Origin: Eledone cirrhosa | Taxonomy: Eukaryota | Reading direction: 5' to 3' | Assembly (NCBI GenBank): GCA_964016885.1 | Contig: OZ024743.1 | Location: forward strand, 112,158,001 to 112,222,000 | DNA length: 64,000 nucleotides | Part shown: piece after piece, positions 1-12,549 of the stretch | Numbering within the stretch: the first letter of the stretch is position 1 | How the letters are laid out: the number at the start of each line of letters is the position of its first letter | Notes under the pieces: generated by a model | Told to the model about the DNA's origin: nothing | What the model saw: only the letters and a program-made list of their open reading frames with translations | Database searches by the model: none | Made by a program: the position numbers and the translations under genes

Positions 1-550
1 TATTTTTTGTGTTCTTCTACCCATGTACGTAGGGTAGAAGGTGTATGCGGTGGATGTGATTGGTTTGATGGACAGTTTCACTGCTGTGTCCCTGTCCTTC
101 ATGAGAATGGATAGACTCCCGTAGAGTCTATCCTTCTGAATGAAGGTGATGTCCTTCATGACGTCTTTTAAAACCAGCTCTATCTCGCTCTGTGATGGTT
201 GAGCTGGTTTTTTACTTTTGTTCGAGATTGTCCTAAACATGACCGTGTTTAGGAGTCTCTGGCTTTTTAGTTCCGGGGGGGAATGGATTGTGAATGAACC
301 ATTTTCCCCGTACACTATATATTTTTTCGCATCCGCCAGTAGCTCCTTCGCTTTTGTTATATCTACTGGCAGATAGTCGAGGGTTTTCCTTGTCGTCTCG
401 GCGAAGGAGAAATTTTGTTTGTTTGTGTTGTTGTTGTCGTTGGTGGTGTTGTTGTTATCATTGTTGTTGTTGTCACCGTTATTGGTCTTGTTGTTGTTAT
501 TGTTATTGTTATTGGTGTTGTTTTCGTCCGTCGCATTGTTGTTGTTGCTA
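1..550 (-). mobile_element. Open reading frame running off the left edge, probable LINE (L1/Tx1-like) ORF1 N-terminus
   Basis: Hand translation of the minus strand is stop-free from ~618 to position 1. It has an Asn-rich leader, then SFAETTRKTLDYLPVDITKAKELL...LLNTVMFRTIS...KDITFIQKDRLYGSLSILMKDRDTAVKLSIKPITSTAYTFYPTYMGRRTQKI. It is absent from the ORF track. The ORF1 assignment is by resemblance only. Confidence 0.5.
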
Positions 551-1972
551 GATATAGAGAGAGAGAGAGGGAGAGAGAGAGATTGGATATATTTAATAAT
601 GTAGTTATATAAATAGCTCTAGAATGACAACAGCACCATCTTTCAACCATACCTCAGAATCAATAATGATTATGGCACAATGCGCAAAGAAAATAACCTG
701 AAAGGTTTTATTTGCAGGAAATTTGGCAACCGAAAATCCCTTTATGAATAGTATAGTTTTATTAACAGCCATGTTTCATTGCAGAAGGAGCACTCGATAG
801 GATCAGATAATTCAGTAAGGAACAACAAGGAATTCCAAGTTCTAACAGCGGTTAGAGAATAGAAACTAGAGTATGTAAGAGTTAATACGTAAATTTGCAT
901 CATTACCTAAGGAAATATAATATCACTTGAAACCAAACAGTAAAACAATGAGTATAATAAAATATGAATAACAGTAAAGACGGCGAAAGACAACTAAAAT
1001 ATCTTTGATGTAAGAAGCAAAAAGGTTGTGCCAGAAAACCTATAACGTCTATCAACTCGTGCTATTTGCTTCATTAACTTTCAACATAAAACTGTCATTT
1101 TCACAACTTAAAAGAACTATTAGATTCTTCATGTTGGCCTTTCTGAGTCACAATGTTTTCTTAATAATAGATCCTATTTGATGTTTACTGAGGGTTCGTG
1201 GCCTTTTTCGTTACTTTAAAGTCTTTAAATCTATCTTCGTTTTATTGGTTGTCACACGATTTGTTTTAGATCTGCTGACCATATGTCAATAGATGACTTT
1301 TAATACTTCAGCCATAACGTTAGTATCCGCTGGACAGCCATAAAATAATCTGCAGAGAATGATATCTTAAATATCATTGATACCGAGAAATTAAATAAAG
1401 AAAGAAATATTGCACAACAAAAGACATTACCTCAACACAATTTAAACAAGGGATGATTAAAATATAGTTATCTAACGTATATATTGTTTCGGGAAGATGA
1501 TATATATAGGGTATATTTCCTAATCTTTTCACCTCATGGAAATTTCATATTATTGTAAGGCATAATTTTTAAACAAAACAAACAGACACCAATGATTTGT
1601 AAATGATACTTCGTGAACTTACTTTCAATTATGTTTGCAATTAGTTTATAGCTATTGGGACTTTAAATTGTTTATTTTGCTTCTGAGAACATTCATCACA
1701 AAAATGTCAGATGATATAGAGAGATGCTTCCTCAGGCATTTAAAATAGAAACATATCATCTTAATAACATTTAAATAACGTATATTGTTCTTATGCCCGA
1801 AAATGCGATTCTTAAATTTTTCGGGATCTTGTTATTTACGTGTTCGTTTTTGTTGTTTTTGTGTGCCTGTGAATGTGTGTTGGGAGCGTTTAGGGATTAT
1901 ATTTTATTCATCAAAATGTGTGATGCTACGTATATATTTTCTGAATACATCGATAGCAACAGTTATAATAAA

Positions 1973-2180
1973 ATAGGCACAATGCCGGCAATTCTATTAG
2001 AAGCGGAATATTGATTAGTACTTAATAACGATACTAGTACTTAACTGGTATTTTATTTCATTGACCCAGAATAGGTGAAATACAAAGTTGACCACGACGA
2101 AGTTTCGATTCAAAATGTAAAGTGCAGAAACAAATGCCGCAAATTATTTATCCCTGGCTGTAACGATGATGCTAATCTAT
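1973..2180 (-). mobile_element. Degenerate tRNA-derived SINE (main family)
   Basis: Diverged match to the family reverse complement (taggcaca..cagcaatt...tggtattttattt..gaccc...aaagttgacc). Confidence 0.6.
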
Positions 2181-2245
2181 CGCATATTTACTTGATTTAT
2201 TCACGAAGTGCAAGTATGTACGTGGCCATTCAGATAGATTTACAA

Positions 2246-2279
<34 letters not shown>

Positions 2280-2314
2280 GAAGATGTGGAATGAAGGATA
2301 TTAAACTGCATCCT

Positions 2315-2475
2315 GTTCGAGAGTTCAGGAGCTGTGAGGGATGTGGAGTTACCCCTTAGTTGTTATCACTCCCAGGTCTGCTCTGGCCCGGAGCAGTAGT
2401 GCCTGTTAGGTCTCCGTTTATGGGTTAAAAAGTTACCACACTGAAGTGAAGTCGGTAAAGTATTATCAGCCATGA
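2315..2475. repeat. Dispersed repeat, copy 1 (probable retroelement UTR fragment)
   Basis: gttcga..gtt.aggagctgtga...ggagtta...ttagttgt.atcactccca...tttatgggttaaa recurs at ~31035-31200. Confidence 0.7.
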
Positions 2476-3577
2476 AAAGAAAAGAAAAGATATAAAGTAG
2501 ATATGTTTAATACTGTAAAAAATAAGGGCTTAAATAGATAACTATGAGGAAAACAAAAAATTAACAAAATATAATTTAAGTAAGGGGCATGCAAAAACAA
2601 AAAAGTTTTCCGAATAAACACGGGCAATCTGCCCTGCACTGGTCATTCTCCATTGTTTAGATTACTCACAGCACACTTAGCTGAGAATATAAACGGAGTA
2701 GCCTTGCTGTTACTGTTGGTTCTGTTGATTATGGTAGTCTTGTCCCGACTGGGCCATTGTGTTTATAACATTGCAATTGATTATTGATATGAAGAGATTA
2801 ATGTCATTTTTTATTTCGAATCTATGAGGGTTCGGATTTGACTTTCATTCACCTGGGTCTTTACTGTAAACAGTATGTAAACAGTACTGTATCATCGCCA
2901 TGATGCATTGTGTTATGGGTAGAGTTATAACTTCATGATTTTGATACCTGGTTTAACAAAAGATATATATCATGATACACCTGTAACTTAGATAAAACAA
3001 AAAATACATGCAACTACACGAGTGCAAAACTGTGTTGTGAAGAGGGGTAAATTTCATATATGACATACAGCTGAACTTCCACAACACACAACGCAGAAAA
3101 CCATGCCATGCAGAGAAGATTTCCAGTGCAATCCCAGGGTCAGTCATGTCCAAGGTAACTGCGTGTTACGTGATTACGTTATAAGATTCGATTTATCCGG
3201 AGTTCAAATATTACAGAGATCCACTATATTAATCATTGATATTTTAAAGTTATGATAATGTAAGGAGACAAAGACCGGTATCGATCGTATGCATTATATA
3301 TAAAGATAACCAATATGTAATATTTGGGTTTCGTCGGAAAGTGTTATTACGTCGCTGTGAATACATATATATATATATAGGATGGAAGACGTGAATATAT
3401 TCTATAGCTCAGCTATTATCACAAAAAGAACAACAACAATGATACGAATCGTTAACCTTTCTTAATCAGTATCATCATCATCATCATCATCATAATCATC
3501 AATATTTCTGGTATCATTGCTCATGTTAATCTTGTACGTTTGTGTTGTATTATTTTTGTTGTATAATTTTTGTTAAA

Positions 3578-3769
3578 GGGCGGTGATTTGGCAGTATCGG
3601 TAGAGAGTCGGGCGCCATGCTTTGCAGCATAGAGTTACGTCCCTTTTCTGTCTGAGTTCACATCCCGCCGAGGTTGACTTTGCCTTTCCTCCTTACGGGG
3701 TCGCTAAAATAAAGCACCAGTAATGCACTGGGATGTTTGCCTGGCTTTCTGCAAAAAGTAAAAACAATT
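3578..3769 (+). mobile_element. tRNA-derived SINE (main family, short subtype)
   Basis: A box TGGCAGTATCGG, B box GAGTTCACATCC, central gccgaggttgactttgcctttc..cctt.cggggtcg.taaaataaag.accag block. Confidence 0.85.
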
Positions 3770-3906
3770 CGTTTTGTTATAATTGCCAATTCATACACTT
3801 TTCTTAACAATATACATATATTTGTATGCTTTTAACTTTCGTTTAGTTTCACACATTCACAAAGAATCAAACACACACACACACACACACACGCACACAT
3901 ACACAT

Positions 3907-3969
<63 letters not shown>

Positions 3970-3977
3970 CGAAATCT

Positions 3978-4193
3978 CGGTGGATTAGCAGTATCGATAG
4001 AGCATCGCACAACACGATTTTGGCATATAGCTACGTCCTTTTATGTTCCTAGATCAAATGCCACTGAGGTTAGCTTTGCCTTCTATCCTTATGGGGTCGA
4101 TAAAATAAAGTACCTGTAACACACTGGTGTTGATTTAATCGACTTTCGACTCCCCCAAATTGTTGGCCTTTTGCCTAAATCAGAAACCATTAT
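3978..4193 (+). mobile_element. tRNA-derived SINE (main family, long subtype)
   Basis: Same head and central block plus an extra gatttaatcgact...ccccca segment; ends agaaaccatta. Confidence 0.85.
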
Positions 4194-4909
4194 GATAAAT
4201 AGTTTGTTTTGTTTCTTTTGTCTATCCATTCATTTATCATTTTTTCTTTCTTTTTATTTCATTTTTATCCAATATTTTATTTTTACTTTATCTACTACTT
4301 CTAGTGTTATTTCATTTTGCCTCCATTTTCAATTTTTCTTTCCTCCGTTTTCTTTAGTAAAAATTCTTTCAGCTGGTAATAATATCAGTGTTTGCAGAAG
4401 GCAGCAATTTCACGCGTTATTAAATTAAAGTAAGAGATGACAATCGGACAGACTCATCTCATTGCATTTGTTTGGTTTCATGTTCAGTAAACAAATATGA
4501 AAATAAAACATAATATTCACATAAGAGTGATATTCACACACTGCCAAAAATAGAAATAGAAATGAAAGGAATAAATACACAAGAATAAAAGATATATAAT
4601 TTTCATGATAGAAGGTTTATTTATTCGTTGGTCGCATTTTTCCCAAATTAAAAGACAAGAAAATAAAAGATGTGTGTATTTAAGTATTTTTTTCTTTATG
4701 CATGCATCTATGAATATATATGTACTTATATTCTTATATATATATATATAGATATATTTATACATATACATAAGTATATATAGATATATATAGATATTAT
4801 ATACATATACATATATCCATATGCGTATATATATATACATATATATAAATGTGAATACACATACACATACATATATATATATATGTGTGTGTGGGTGTGT
4901 GTATGGATG

Positions 4910-4955
<46 letters not shown>

Positions 4956-5109
4956 CACATGTATATGCACACACAACATTCTGTATATACATATTCTGTA
5001 TATATATATACGCACACATGTATATACAGACACTTGTGTGTATATATACCTGTGTTATATGCGCATATAACACACATACGCGTATAACACACACACACAT
5101 ATAACACAG

Positions 5110-5151
<42 letters not shown>

Positions 5152-6377
5152 TAGTGCGTAATATTTGTATTGCAAATTCAATGAAAGCAGACATTAGATA
5201 TAAACAGGAGCCATTGATACGCCAAATATCGAATTATATATATTCATCTATATGTGTATATGTCTATATATATGTGTGTGTTTATGTATTTTCATAAGTA
5301 TTATTGCGCATGTATATTTTGTTATGAATATTGGTATTTGGTCCTTTTGTCGCTTGAATAATGTTGACAGTTGCAGAGACAATGATGAAGAAAGTAAAAG
5401 AAGAGGAAGGAGAAAATGGCGGAGAATATGATGTGAAGACTATGCTGAGGATGAACATACGAACAAACGAAGAATAATAACTACAGTGACAAATCCAAAA
5501 TTAAATGACGTGATGGTGGAAATCCTCAATGGTCAATTGCCACCATTTTTTTTTTCTTTTTCTTCTACATTAGATTTCCTTAATACTTTAGCAGAAAACT
5601 ATTGGAGCTTACGGAGAAACTACTGTTAATTGTTTTGTCTTAGGATGTCAAATTCCCAAATTGATTTCCTATAGCAAAATAATGCTAAAAGAAATTTAAA
5701 ACTTCATGTGTTTTCATGTCAAATAATTTGGACTCTATTATCTTTAAAACGTTCTTCAGTTTCTTCTAATTAATTTTCCAGTGTTTCATTTATTTATTTT
5801 ATTTTGTCTCATTTTAATGTTTGTTTGCATTTTTATATATATATTTCCAATTTTGCTCCATGAAACATTTCACTGAGATACATTAAACGGGATTACATTT
5901 CATACACACTCACAAAATTATTTATACATTCAGGTATGTATATACATACAAATGTGCAGTGCATGCGCATATACATACATTCACCCATTTATGCGTACGT
6001 ACGTACGTACATACATACATACAAACTTACAGAAATACATATGTAAATACTTGCATATACATACATAAATTGAAGTATAAAAAGAGAACATAGATACCAA
6101 ACTAATGGGTAATATGCTGATATAAATATGGATTATAAATTAAGAAGTACGCCTATGTTCACTGTCCAACTTCGATGTGTAACTACCTCCGCCGGATCCA
6201 TCCTTCAGCGTCTCGCCTTCATAAAACCAGAAACGGCTAATTAGAAATGGCTAATTAGGGAATTACAATTCAAACCCATTAACGTCTTCGAATTTTCCGC
6301 TGTTGTCGATTAAATTCGGATATTCTGAAATTCACAGTTGTCAATCGAAATTATTTACATTTCATAATGAGTTCTAA

Positions 6378-6580
6378 TATTGGTGCAAGGTCTCCTATAT
6401 TTGGAGGGAAGGAACAACCCATTACATTTTACCCAGCAGTTAAGTGTTTGTTGGGTTTATTTTTATTCGGTCAAGGATGGGAAAAGTTGACCATGGAGGT
6501 ATTTGAACTCAGAAAGTAAAAAGCTTGAATAAATACAGCTAAGTATTTGCCAAAGCTCTTACTGCTCTACCAAACCACGG
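6378..6580 (-). mobile_element. Degenerate SINE (main family)
   Basis: aaagttgacc...tttgaactcagaa motif and diverged tail. Confidence 0.55.
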
Positions 6581-6813
6581 CTCTATATATGAAGCCTTAT
6601 AATACAATATTTTGTATAAAAATAAACATAAGTGGATATTGCAGTTTTTGCGTTTTCTCAACTGAATAAAATGACCTTTCGTTGATGTAAATATATACAT
6701 ACATACACACACATATATATATACATTCATACATGCTTATACATACAAACTAAAGAGGCTAGCTACACTACTGCCAGGTGTGAATATATACATAATACAC
6801 ACACACACACATC

Positions 6814-6845
<32 letters not shown>

Positions 6846-6906
6846 TGCTACGTGGAAGATGGACGTTCAACGAAGATGATGATGATGACACACATACATA
6901 CAAACA

Positions 6907-7012
<106 letters not shown>

Positions 7013-8738
7013 AAGGGATATCATGTGTCGCCGTCGATAAAGGAAGCACAAACAATATATTGGATGCAATTTAACAGGCTATCTGTAATGTCCCACATTA
7101 CATTTACATTCTCTTCTTAACTTGTCAAATAGACAATATTTGACGAAAAATTAAGAGTGAAATATTATAACTTAATGCGTATCTTATGTTCTGTATAAAA
7201 ATACGGTGTTCAGTTACAAAATAGATTTGAAACAAAGAGGATAACAGTTGGGGGTGTTGAGGCGTGGATAAAACGTCATAACAGGAAAAGAAATAGGAAG
7301 GCTCGTAACTATTGTACGTATGCGTGTGTGTGTGTGTGTATGGGTGTGTGTGTGTGTGCGCGCCTTGAACTCTGTGTGTGTGTGTGTGTCTGCGCGCGCC
7401 TTGACTGTATGTGTGTATCTGTGTGTGTTTTGTAGAACCATACATAGAAACAATCAAACATTAATTTAACCACCTCTCTACGCAATTGATGAAAATGTGC
7501 TTTTTTTATTGTTGGAAGAAACATTTGGGGTGATTCGTCTTTAATCAAAGTCTTCAGATTGTGACACGAAAGTGGGTCATTTCCAACGATATTTTGAAAT
7601 CAGTATCTTGGGGATTGTAATGAATTAGGTATATTCTCTGCGTTCATTAATATATCATTAAATATGCCTTCTAGCTATTTATTTGCCCTATTAAATGTTT
7701 AATGAACGATGCTGATGTGAGCATGTACTGGTAATTCTTTTTGTTTTGTTAAAGTGTGGGATACCTCTTTTGTTATAACCTTCCCCACTTCCTAAGATAC
7801 TGTCGGTAATAATTTCATTTGCTCTGGATCTTTTCTTCTTCATACTCTTTTTCATATTTATCCTATTTCTCTTGCTTTTGGGGCCACTGTTTGCGTCTTA
7901 TGTTTAATCATTTGTTATATATCAAATTGCTTTCGTTTGGAAGCAAAATTTTAGTTTTATCCAGAGAATCGTTCCTGCATTTCTTACAAATGAATTGTTT
8001 TCAATTTAACGTGGATCTCCTATTTCAGGCGTTCTTTAATCTGCTAAAACTGTTTCTTGTATTGTCTGATTTACTTGTAAATCTGGTTCAAATATGACGC
8101 ACATCTATTTTCCACTTATATTGATGAAATCTACTAGGTAAATGAATTCTGAGGTAGAAGAAATTTTGAACAGTGTGAATCTGATGCTATGTTATTCACA
8201 CAAGAACGTGACTTCCATGAATATCTGTATAAATTAATTATGTAGCCGTATATACGTTTTCCATTGAATCCTACTGTGTTTCTATGCATAACAATGCTGG
8301 ATGTGACCGTCTATATTTATCACCCTCCCTCATGCCATGCAGCCAATCATTGGGTTGCCTCTTTAAATGTTTGACGGTGCGTCCATTATAGCATATCAAG
8401 GGTATTTAGAAATGCTTGATGGTGCCCATCAATGCTATAACATCCACACAATTACTTCATGTACGAGTAAAAATAGAAAGACACTGAAGTGTTGTCCGAT
8501 CTAAATTATGGTGTTCTTGTTACTGAGGGCTTCACAGTTGCTTATTGACTGTAGATTCTAATATTTTGCTAATGTAGCTCATAATTACTCCATTTATTCT
8601 TTTAATGGATTTCAATCCTCATACTGTATCTATGCTAGTGTCCCCACATGCACGGAATTTTAATCGATCATATTTCCATTTAAGTCTGGTACATATATCT
8701 ATGTGTATATGTGTATATGTGTATGTATGTGTATGTGC

Positions 8739-8822
<84 letters not shown>

Positions 8823-8973
8823 ACAGTATTTTCCGTTGTGTTGTAATATAAATATTACAAACAGTAGATTATCAGCTCACGCAGAGTTTGCTCGACGGTT
8901 CCAGTTGTAGTTCCAAAAGTAATCCGGAGGAAAATAGAAAGATTTGAATGGATACAGTTTAGTTGAAAGGAAT

Positions 8974-9093
8974 TTATTGACACGTGTTTCTATAACAGTT
9001 ACATAACCTAAAACAGCTGCTATCTACAAACTTTTAGTTATGCAGACATTCAATATTTCAATGTTATTATTTACTGTCATTTCATCAGAATAA
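8974..9093 (-). ncRNA. Type I hammerhead ribozyme with long stem II (left-arm copy)
   Basis: Reverse complement of the 11744-11863 motif. Confidence 0.8.
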
Positions 9094-9647
9094 TATTACT
9101 GAGGACCTATTTAGTTTTTATAGAGAATATTAGGAGGGAGGGGTGAAGTTGTTAGAAGAATAGTTGAAGGAGTGGTTTTTCGATAGCAGTGAGAATTCTT
9201 GGTGGCAGTGAGTAATTAGATTCACATCTGTTGTTTTGACATTTTTTATAGAATATATTATTGGTTATTTTTCTAAATCTATAGAAGGATTAGAGATAGT
9301 AAAGATATGCGTGGTTGGTTTTGTGTTTGCACTTAATTAACATTCAGACTTAAATTTTTCTTTCAAGTGTACGTATCCTTTCACCCACGCATTCACACAC
9401 AAATATATTTGCACACCTCTACAAAATACATATACTCACAATTCACATATTCATACTTACATATATATACACAAGCATACACATATATATACACACATGT
9501 ATTCATGTACATACATACGCGCTCATGTGTATACATTTTCATACTCAACTTATCTTTATATACACACGTATAGACACACACATATATATACATACATACT
9601 CTAGTCCATGTGTACACACATACACATACATACACATCCATATACAC

Positions 9648-9688
<41 letters not shown>

Positions 9689-10294
9689 CACTTTAATACA
9701 TGAATACACTTACATCTAACTATATACATCAAACATATATCTATATTTACTTATTTATATACATTTTCACATATATATACATACTTATGGACGTTTTTAG
9801 ACACATTCATTATCGCATATTTGTACCTATTCTCATCAGCATATCTTTCCATTATTAGTGTGGTAATTTAAGGTTATTAATATATGTTGAGAAGAGATTG
9901 TTTTTATATTTTTCTAACTAGATTAAGGTTTATATAGTTGGGGGATGTCCCTCTTTTATGTAATATTCGGCTTGTAGTGGGAAAAAAGGGTTTTAGTTCT
10001 GTGACGGCAGAATAATGTTCGTTCAATTCTGTTATTCAGCAGTTTCTTCTTGTGTGTGATTATGTAATAAATCTCAAGATTACACAATTTGCAGAAATTT
10101 TGGCTCCAGGAAAAGCTTTGGGTTTTAGCTAATTTTTCCCATTTTAGGGTAAACTTTTGATCGCTATCCCTGAGCGTCCAAGCTTTTTCTGCTAAAGTTG
10201 TTACATTTCTTTGGCTCTGGTGTTTTATTGAGTAAGAATGCCTTTACAATCGAGATTTAAACGATGTTGCCGTTGATCCCACGTAATACCACGC

Positions 10295-10741
10295 AATAAC
10301 TGCCTGGAAAAAAATATTATTTATAAGTGTACCATTAAATCCGGAGGCAACGAGTGGTATTACGTGGGATCAACGGCAACATCGTTTAAATCTCGATTGT
10401 ATAGGCATTCTTACTCAATAAAACACCAGAGCCAAAGAAATGTAACAACTTTAGCAGAAAAAGCTTGGACGCTCAGGGATAGCGATCAAAAGTTTACCCT
10501 AAAATGGGAAAAATTAGCTAAAACCCAAAGCTTTTCCAGGAGCCAAAATTTCTGCAAATTGTGTAATCTTGAGATTTATTACATAATCACACACAAGAAG
10601 AAACTGCTGAATATCAGAATTGAACGAACATTATTCTGCCGTCACAGAACTAAAACCCTTTTTCCCACTACAAGCCGAATATTACATAAAAGAGGGACAT
10701 CCCCCAACTATATAAACCTTAATCTAGTTAGAAAAATATAA
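10295..10741 (+). pseudogene. 5'-truncated PLE GIY-YIG endonuclease
   Basis: In frame with ORF 10364..10741: NNCLEKNIIYKCTIKSGGNEWYYVGSTATSFKSRLYRH...LKWEKL...FCKLCNLEIYYI...LLNIRIE...CRH (IIY...YVG motif, catalytic R, CxxC). Confidence 0.85.
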
Positions 10742-10956
10742 AAACAATCTCTTCTCAACATATATTAATAACCTTAAATTACCACACTAATAATGGAAAG
10801 ATATGCTGATGAGAATAGGTACAAATATGCGATAATGAATGTGTCTAAAAACGTCCATAAGTATGTATATATATGTGAAAATGTATATAAATAAGGAAAT
10901 ATATATATATGTTTGATGTATATAGTTAGATGTAAGTGTATTCATGTATTAAAGTG

Positions 10957-11191
<235 letters not shown>

Positions 11192-11743
11192 GTGTATATG
11201 GATGTGTATGTATGTGTATGTGTGTACACATGGACTAGAGTATGTATGTATATATGTGTGTGTCTATACGTGTGTATATAAAGATAAGTTGAGTATGAAA
11301 ATGTATACACATGAGCGCGTATGTATGTACATGAATACATGTGTGTATATATATGTGTATGCATGTGTATATATATGTAAGTATGAATATGTGAATTGTG
11401 AGTATATGTATTTTGTAGAGGTGTGCAAATATATTTGTGTGTGAATGCGTGGGTGAAAGGATACGTACACTTGAAAGAAAAATTTAAGTCTGAATGTTAA
11501 TTAAGTGCAAACACAAAACCAACCACGCATATCTTTACTATCTCTAATCCTTCTATAGATTTAGAAAAATAACCAATAATATATTCTATAAAAAATGTCA
11601 AAACAACAGATGTGAATCTAATTACTCACTGCCACCAAGAATTCTCACTGCTATCGAAAAACCACTCCTTCAACTATTCTTCTAACAACTTCACCCCTCC
11701 CTCCTAATATTCTCTATAAAAACTAAATAGGTCCTCAGTAATA

Positions 11744-11863
11744 TTATTCTGATGAAATGACAGTAAATAATAACATTGAAATATTGAATGTCTGCATAAC
11801 TAAAAGTTTGTAGATAGCAGCTGTTTTAGGTTATGTAACTGTTATAGAAACACGTGTCAATAA
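11744..11863 (+). ncRNA. Type I hammerhead ribozyme with ~90-nt stem II
   Basis: TTATT-CTGATGA(11749)-A-ATGACAGT...ACTGTTAT-A-GAAA(11847)-CACGTG-TC^AATAA. Stem I TTATT/AATAA, palindromic stem III ACACGTGT, GUC triplet. Confidence 0.8.
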
Positions 11864-11900
11864 ATTCCTTTCAACTAAACTGTATCCATTCAAATCTTTC

Positions 11901-11946
<46 letters not shown>

Positions 11947-11955
11947 CGTGTGCGT

Positions 11956-12003
<48 letters not shown>

Positions 12004-12549
12004 GTGTGCGTGTGCTAAAGGTAAACAAAAATGGCAAATCAAACGACACAGTATAATGAAGAAATATATCATTAGTTTTCCGCTTGATATAGTAGGATAA
12101 GTGTCTTAACGTTTCGAACGGTTGTCCTTTATCAGAAATTAGAATGAGAAATTAAAGAAGAAAGATACAGAAGACTGAGCATTGGCAGAAACGAATAGAA
12201 AGATTCTCCAGAAAAAAAAAACAGGTTTATGCAGGTCCCCATCTCTTGGAGAACTGTTGAGACTGGCGTTGAATAAGATGATTGCGTTTTAACATGCGTT
12301 GATTGATCACTTCTAACAGAAAATATATGTATATATATAGTGTTCTATATAGAGCGTGTATGCGTGCGTGTGGGTGTGCGTATAATTGTGTCTTTCTTCT
12401 TCGTCCGTACGAAGCTATGAGGTATATGCCAAATTTCACTAACCAGGCATGGTGACAGACCTTCGTCCAAGGTGCCACACAATGCCCGAAACTTCGTGGT
12501 TGAGAACAGAACTTAATGGTCAGCTAAATCTAACACTAGAAGACACACG

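Noticed and set aside
2990-3160. Cys-rich candidate exons (TCNYTSAKLCCEEG; MPCREDFQCNPR) with AG/GT boundaries
   Set aside because: Too short, the spacing is too small for an intron, there is a stop in frame, and no homology evidence is available.
7450-8460. Possible decayed retroelement coding remnant
   Set aside because: No diagnostic motif could be read reliably.
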